Virus record (IMG/VR): IMGVR_UViG_3300021420_000018
Coordinates: 59,708 to 123,707 of that record
DNA length: 64,000 nt
Reading direction: 5' to 3' (one strand)
DNA from: a virus
Shown piece by piece: positions 61,091 through 64,000 of the stretch (its first letter is position 1; the number at the start of each line of letters is the position of its first letter). A program made the translations under genes and the position numbers. The notes beneath the pieces were generated by a model. The model was not told the origin of the DNA. It worked only from the letters and a program-made list of their open reading frames with translations, and did no database searches.

Positions 61091-63448
61091 TCATTGAACA
61101 AGACAAAAACTTCCCGCTTGGATTTGGAGTTGTACGGCCGTCGAAGCCTTCGCCAATAAGTTGACAGTTCCTGCATTTGCGCCGTTAATCAGTGAGAACG
61201 ACACTATCGCATCGAAATTGGTTGCCGCTGTAACGATCACATTGCCAAGAGACGTACCGAATGCCGTGGCAACCGAGTTATCCGTCGTTCCAAGGGCTGT
61301 CGGGTCAGCTAGCCCATAAGCAACCGCCGTCGGCGAAGCCGGTCCCGTGAACTCAATATTAAGTCCACCGAGTGCTACTGACTGGTAATAAAGGTGACAA
61401 GTGGCCGTATAATTCTGATTAGCTGCCACAGGAAATTGGACCGTGTTACCGCCCGCCACATTCGAGAACGTAGTCGTAGAGTTTGTATATTGGCTCGTGA
61501 GCGCTATGATGAACGGCTGATTTTGGGTGGTAGCAGCATTAGCGCCCCAATCCGGTATGCTCCACGTTCTGGCACCGGTCGTTGCAGCTGGAGCGACTTT
61601 GAAGTTGTTCGTGGCTGCCGTGCCGAGCCAGAGATTGCCGAACGGGAGAGCTGTTGTCCCTAAATCGGTGCCACCGGCACTATGTGGGAGATAACCGGAA
61701 GCCGAAAAACTTCCCAATCCGTTTCCTGTGGAACTGGTATCCGCGCTTACGACACCAGCGGAAAGACGCGCTAACCCCGTGTCCGGTCCAGCGCTTATCG
61801 GATTCGTGGTGCTGGCCCACATGAATCCCTTGGCGCTTCCGAGAGTCAATGCCGCCGTGTTTAGCGCAAACACGCTGGTATTGCTTACACACCCCTGGAT
61901 CAGTGTGGAAGCCACGAACCAATTGAAACCGCTATTTACGGAACCGAGGAAGCCTAGTCCCGTATTCGTGCAACCAGCCTGAGTGCCGTTTGCGGCGACG
62001 AAGTTGCCTACATTGTCGATGTAAGACAGTTCTGTAGCAGCGTTGTTTTCAATCCTAACTAATGGGGCACTCTGAGTGCCAGAGTTTGCGCGGGCATCGA
62101 TTGCATTATCCGTATCGGATGGAGCAATAGCTCTGGCGCTCGGCTCACCTGGACCCGAGTTGGCATAAATCTGAACTCTCGCTGCCGCCGTATCTCCACA
62201 CACTGCCGTAGACGTGCCACCACCGCCCCACGTATTCGGTCCAATAGTGCCACCCGTGCTCCCAGCAACGATGTTGATTCCGCAGCCAGCCGTAGGATTC
62301 ATCGTGATCTTGTTGCCAAGGACATGCCAGTTAGTTGAGTTCGCGCCAAAGTTGATATTGTTCGTGCAGAAGGTATGAGCATTGATGTTGTTGCTCAGAA
62401 CTTCAGAGGCATCTATCGCGCCCACGTCACCTTTAAAGTCAATTACCGAGCCATCCCCACAACTAGCCGTTACCTCGAACTGGTTGAGAACCATTTTTAT
62501 CTGGTTCGCTTGATGAACGATGGCACCAGCATAGTTACATTGAAGATTGTTATGAATGAGTGTCTGAGTGGCTGAGCCAACTAGGCTGGTATGGTTAAAG
62601 CAGGGATTGGTCGTGCTTGTGCTGCGAATAAGATTATGTTCCCAGAGTTGGGAATCCACCAAGCTGAGATTGCTATTGAGCCCTCCGCTCTCGAAGTAAT
62701 TGTCTTCCGCGTGATAAACAAATCCCGCGAATGAGCCGCCAGTCGTTTCATTAACATCGTAACCGCCAAAGCATCCCGTATCGACAATGACATGGTGTAT
62801 GTAGACCTGAGATGGACCCAACCCTGCACCACCACCATTGTCGAAAAGCATGACATCTCCAGCGGTAGGCGATGACAGGCAGGCAAATTCGATATTCTCC
62901 AAATCATAAGCTAGATTGCTGACCGTGGTTTTCAGACGAAATATCGGGATTGCGCTGGAGATGCCTCCAGCTACGCTTAATATCGTCGCTTCGCCCCCAA
63001 CACCCTTAAGATGAATTGGGCAAGGGGACAGCAAAAGCTGACTCGCTAGATTGGTCACATTTATTGTTGTCGGGGGGAGATCGACCTCTCCGCCCTGATT
63101 AAAACTCTGAGTGCAGGCAGCGGCGATAGCAGAGTTCACACCTGCATTCGTAAATGGGTACGTCACCCCATCCACAGAGATGATGTTGTTGAGGGAAGAT
63201 TCCGTATCATTGCCAGTCCACGCATTATTTCCGGTCCACGTACAGTTCTGACTCAGCGCACAGAACGTCAGCGTTTGCGGCTCGGGATCTGGCAACGCCA
63301 CGTCGGGCACCGGTGCGTCGTTCAGCATCAGCTCGATGTTCGCTGGATCAGCTACGTCAGGCCGCGGCATGGCAAGATCCATGTCGGACGCGTGCGCCGT
63401 CGCCGCGATGTAGACGAGCACGAGTGCGTAGCAGATTCGTTTAATCAT
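61091..63448 (-). CDS. Tailspike-like parallel beta-helix protein with signal peptide
   Basis: AI.AA....GG.V.LP (pectate-lyase-like start); Asn ladder; N-terminal ...VYIAATAHA. Confidence 0.75.
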   Translation of the reverse strand: MIKRICYALVLVYIAATAHASDMDLAMPRPDVADPANIELMLNDAPVPDVALPDPEPQTLTFCALSQNCTWTGNNAWTGNDTESSLNNIISVDGVTYPFTNAGVNSAIAAACTQSFNQGGEVDLPPTTINVTNLASQLLLSPCPIHLKGVGGEATILSVAGGISSAIPIFRLKTTVSNLAYDLENIEFACLSSPTAGDVMLFDNGGGAGLGPSQVYIHHVIVDTGCFGGYDVNETTGGSFAGFVYHAEDNYFESGGLNSNLSLVDSQLWEHNLIRSTSTTNPCFNHTSLVGSATQTLIHNNLQCNYAGAIVHQANQIKMVLNQFEVTASCGDGSVIDFKGDVGAIDASEVLSNNINAHTFCTNNINFGANSTNWHVLGNKITMNPTAGCGINIVAGSTGGTIGPNTWGGGGTSTAVCGDTAAARVQIYANSGPGEPSARAIAPSDTDNAIDARANSGTQSAPLVRIENNAATELSYIDNVGNFVAANGTQAGCTNTGLGFLGSVNSGFNWFVASTLIQGCVSNTSVFALNTAALTLGSAKGFMWASTTNPISAGPDTGLARLSAGVVSADTSSTGNGLGSFSASGYLPHSAGGTDLGTTALPFGNLWLGTAATNNFKVAPAATTGARTWSIPDWGANAATTQNQPFIIALTSQYTNSTTTFSNVAGGNTVQFPVAANQNYTATCHLYYQSVALGGLNIEFTGPASPTAVAYGLADPTALGTTDNSVATAFGTSLGNVIVTAATNFDAIVSFSLINGANAGTVNLLAKASTAVQLQIQAGSFCLVQ

Positions 63449-63455
63449 AGGGGCC

Positions 63456-64000
63456 TCAGAAAGTGATCACCGGACCGTCGTCGCCAGTGTTAGGCATGAC
63501 AAACTCTAAGGCTCCGTCACTCGGAGGGCTGTGGTATGGCAGACCGTTGTAGTCGTTCGTCAATCCGCCGATGGCGACTCCTGCATATTTCGCGGGACTA
63601 CTGGACGTAATAGCGAAATTGAAATTATCCAGTAAAGATTCCTGTAAGAAGCTTTGCAACGGTTCGTTGACAAACAGCGGATCAGAGGCGCAAAGCTCCC
63701 CAGCGTAAGTGCAATTCCCGCTGCCTGCATTGAAGCCGAAGAACTCGTTCTTCGTTCGAGTCGTCCACATCGAATCGTCGGTTGTGCCAAAGCCACCGGG
63801 GGCCAGGCAAGCCGAATAGCAAAAAGCGACGATTTGCTGTCCGGCAACAATCGGGTTGTTCGGGTCGGTATAGCCTAGAAAAATGTTGTTCCGCATGATG
63901 CGCGGACCGCCGTTGCAGGTGTTCCCAGCTTGGGTAATGTTCACCGTTAGCCCAGTACCGTGCCCTCCACTGGTGGTCTGATTGGTTGTACCGCTAGTGA
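63456..64000 (-). CDS. Beta-helix-type protein C-terminus (5' truncated), ending DDGPVITF
   Basis: RNNIF..DPLFV..F.I.SSSPA..AG..D..G......P..GA.E; frame open to the window end. Confidence 0.7.
   Translation of the reverse strand, partial: TSGTTNQTTSGGHGTGLTVNITQAGNTCNGGPRIMRNNIFLGYTDPNNPIVAGQQIVAFCYSACLAPGGFGTTDDSMWTTRTKNEFFGFNAGSGNCTYAGELCASDPLFVNEPLQSFLQESLLDNFNFAITSSSPAKYAGVAIGGLTNDYNGLPYHSPPSDGALEFVMPNTGDDGPVITF

Noticed and set aside
1-64000. Numerous plus-strand ORFs in the track (e.g. 21761-23173, 30024-31232, 35879-36703)
   Set aside because: They are antisense shadows of well-supported minus-strand genes in GC-rich DNA and show no recognisable motifs.
1-64000. tRNA/rRNA genes, integrase/att site, stop-codon reassignment
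   Set aside because: I saw no cloverleaf, rRNA-like or integrase sequence; TAA, TAG and TGA all end intact genes.

Overview
The window is part of a large tailed-phage (siphovirus-type) genome. Almost every gene is on the minus strand; the one convincing plus-strand gene is an HNH nuclease at 52399-52890. Reading in transcription direction (right to left) there are five blocks. (1) Accessory virion-region proteins (64.0-54.2 kb), several with signal peptides, including a 1330-aa Trp/Pro repeat protein. (2) A tail module (54.2-41.8 kb): terminator-like protein, tail tube, frameshifted chaperones, tape measure, DUF2460/DUF2163/NlpC-P60/tail-tip cassette and fibre. (3) A lysis/secreted-enzyme block (41.7-36.9 kb): holin-like proteins, lipoprotein, papain-like protease, secreted HNH and M15 endolysin. 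(4) A recombination block (36.9-26.4 kb): RHH regulator, RecT, PD-(D/E)XK exonuclease, HerA-like ATPase, RusA and a sugar epimerase. (5) A long early-type region (26.4 kb-1) with sigma70-type promoters: SWIM proteins, a Ycf46-like AAA/DUF1257/DUF2997/DUF3150 cluster, Ku, DNA ligase, clamp-loader-like ATPase, DUF5131 plus a methyltransferase, ParB and DnaB. The main finding is a candidate RNA regulatory circuit. Eleven early-region ribosome-binding sites share (A)AAGGGAGAATC, and six of them are preceded by a covarying H-type pseudoknot. A ~105-nt intergenic RNA with its own TTGACA-17-TATCAT promoter (52183-52323, minus) carries the exact antisense of that motif as a single-stranded linker between two perfect hairpins. 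Separately, seven mostly unrelated proteins end in a basic tag [KR]RxIx[LF]([DE]), which Ku carries near its C-terminus. All family assignments come from recognising motifs by eye; no database search was run.
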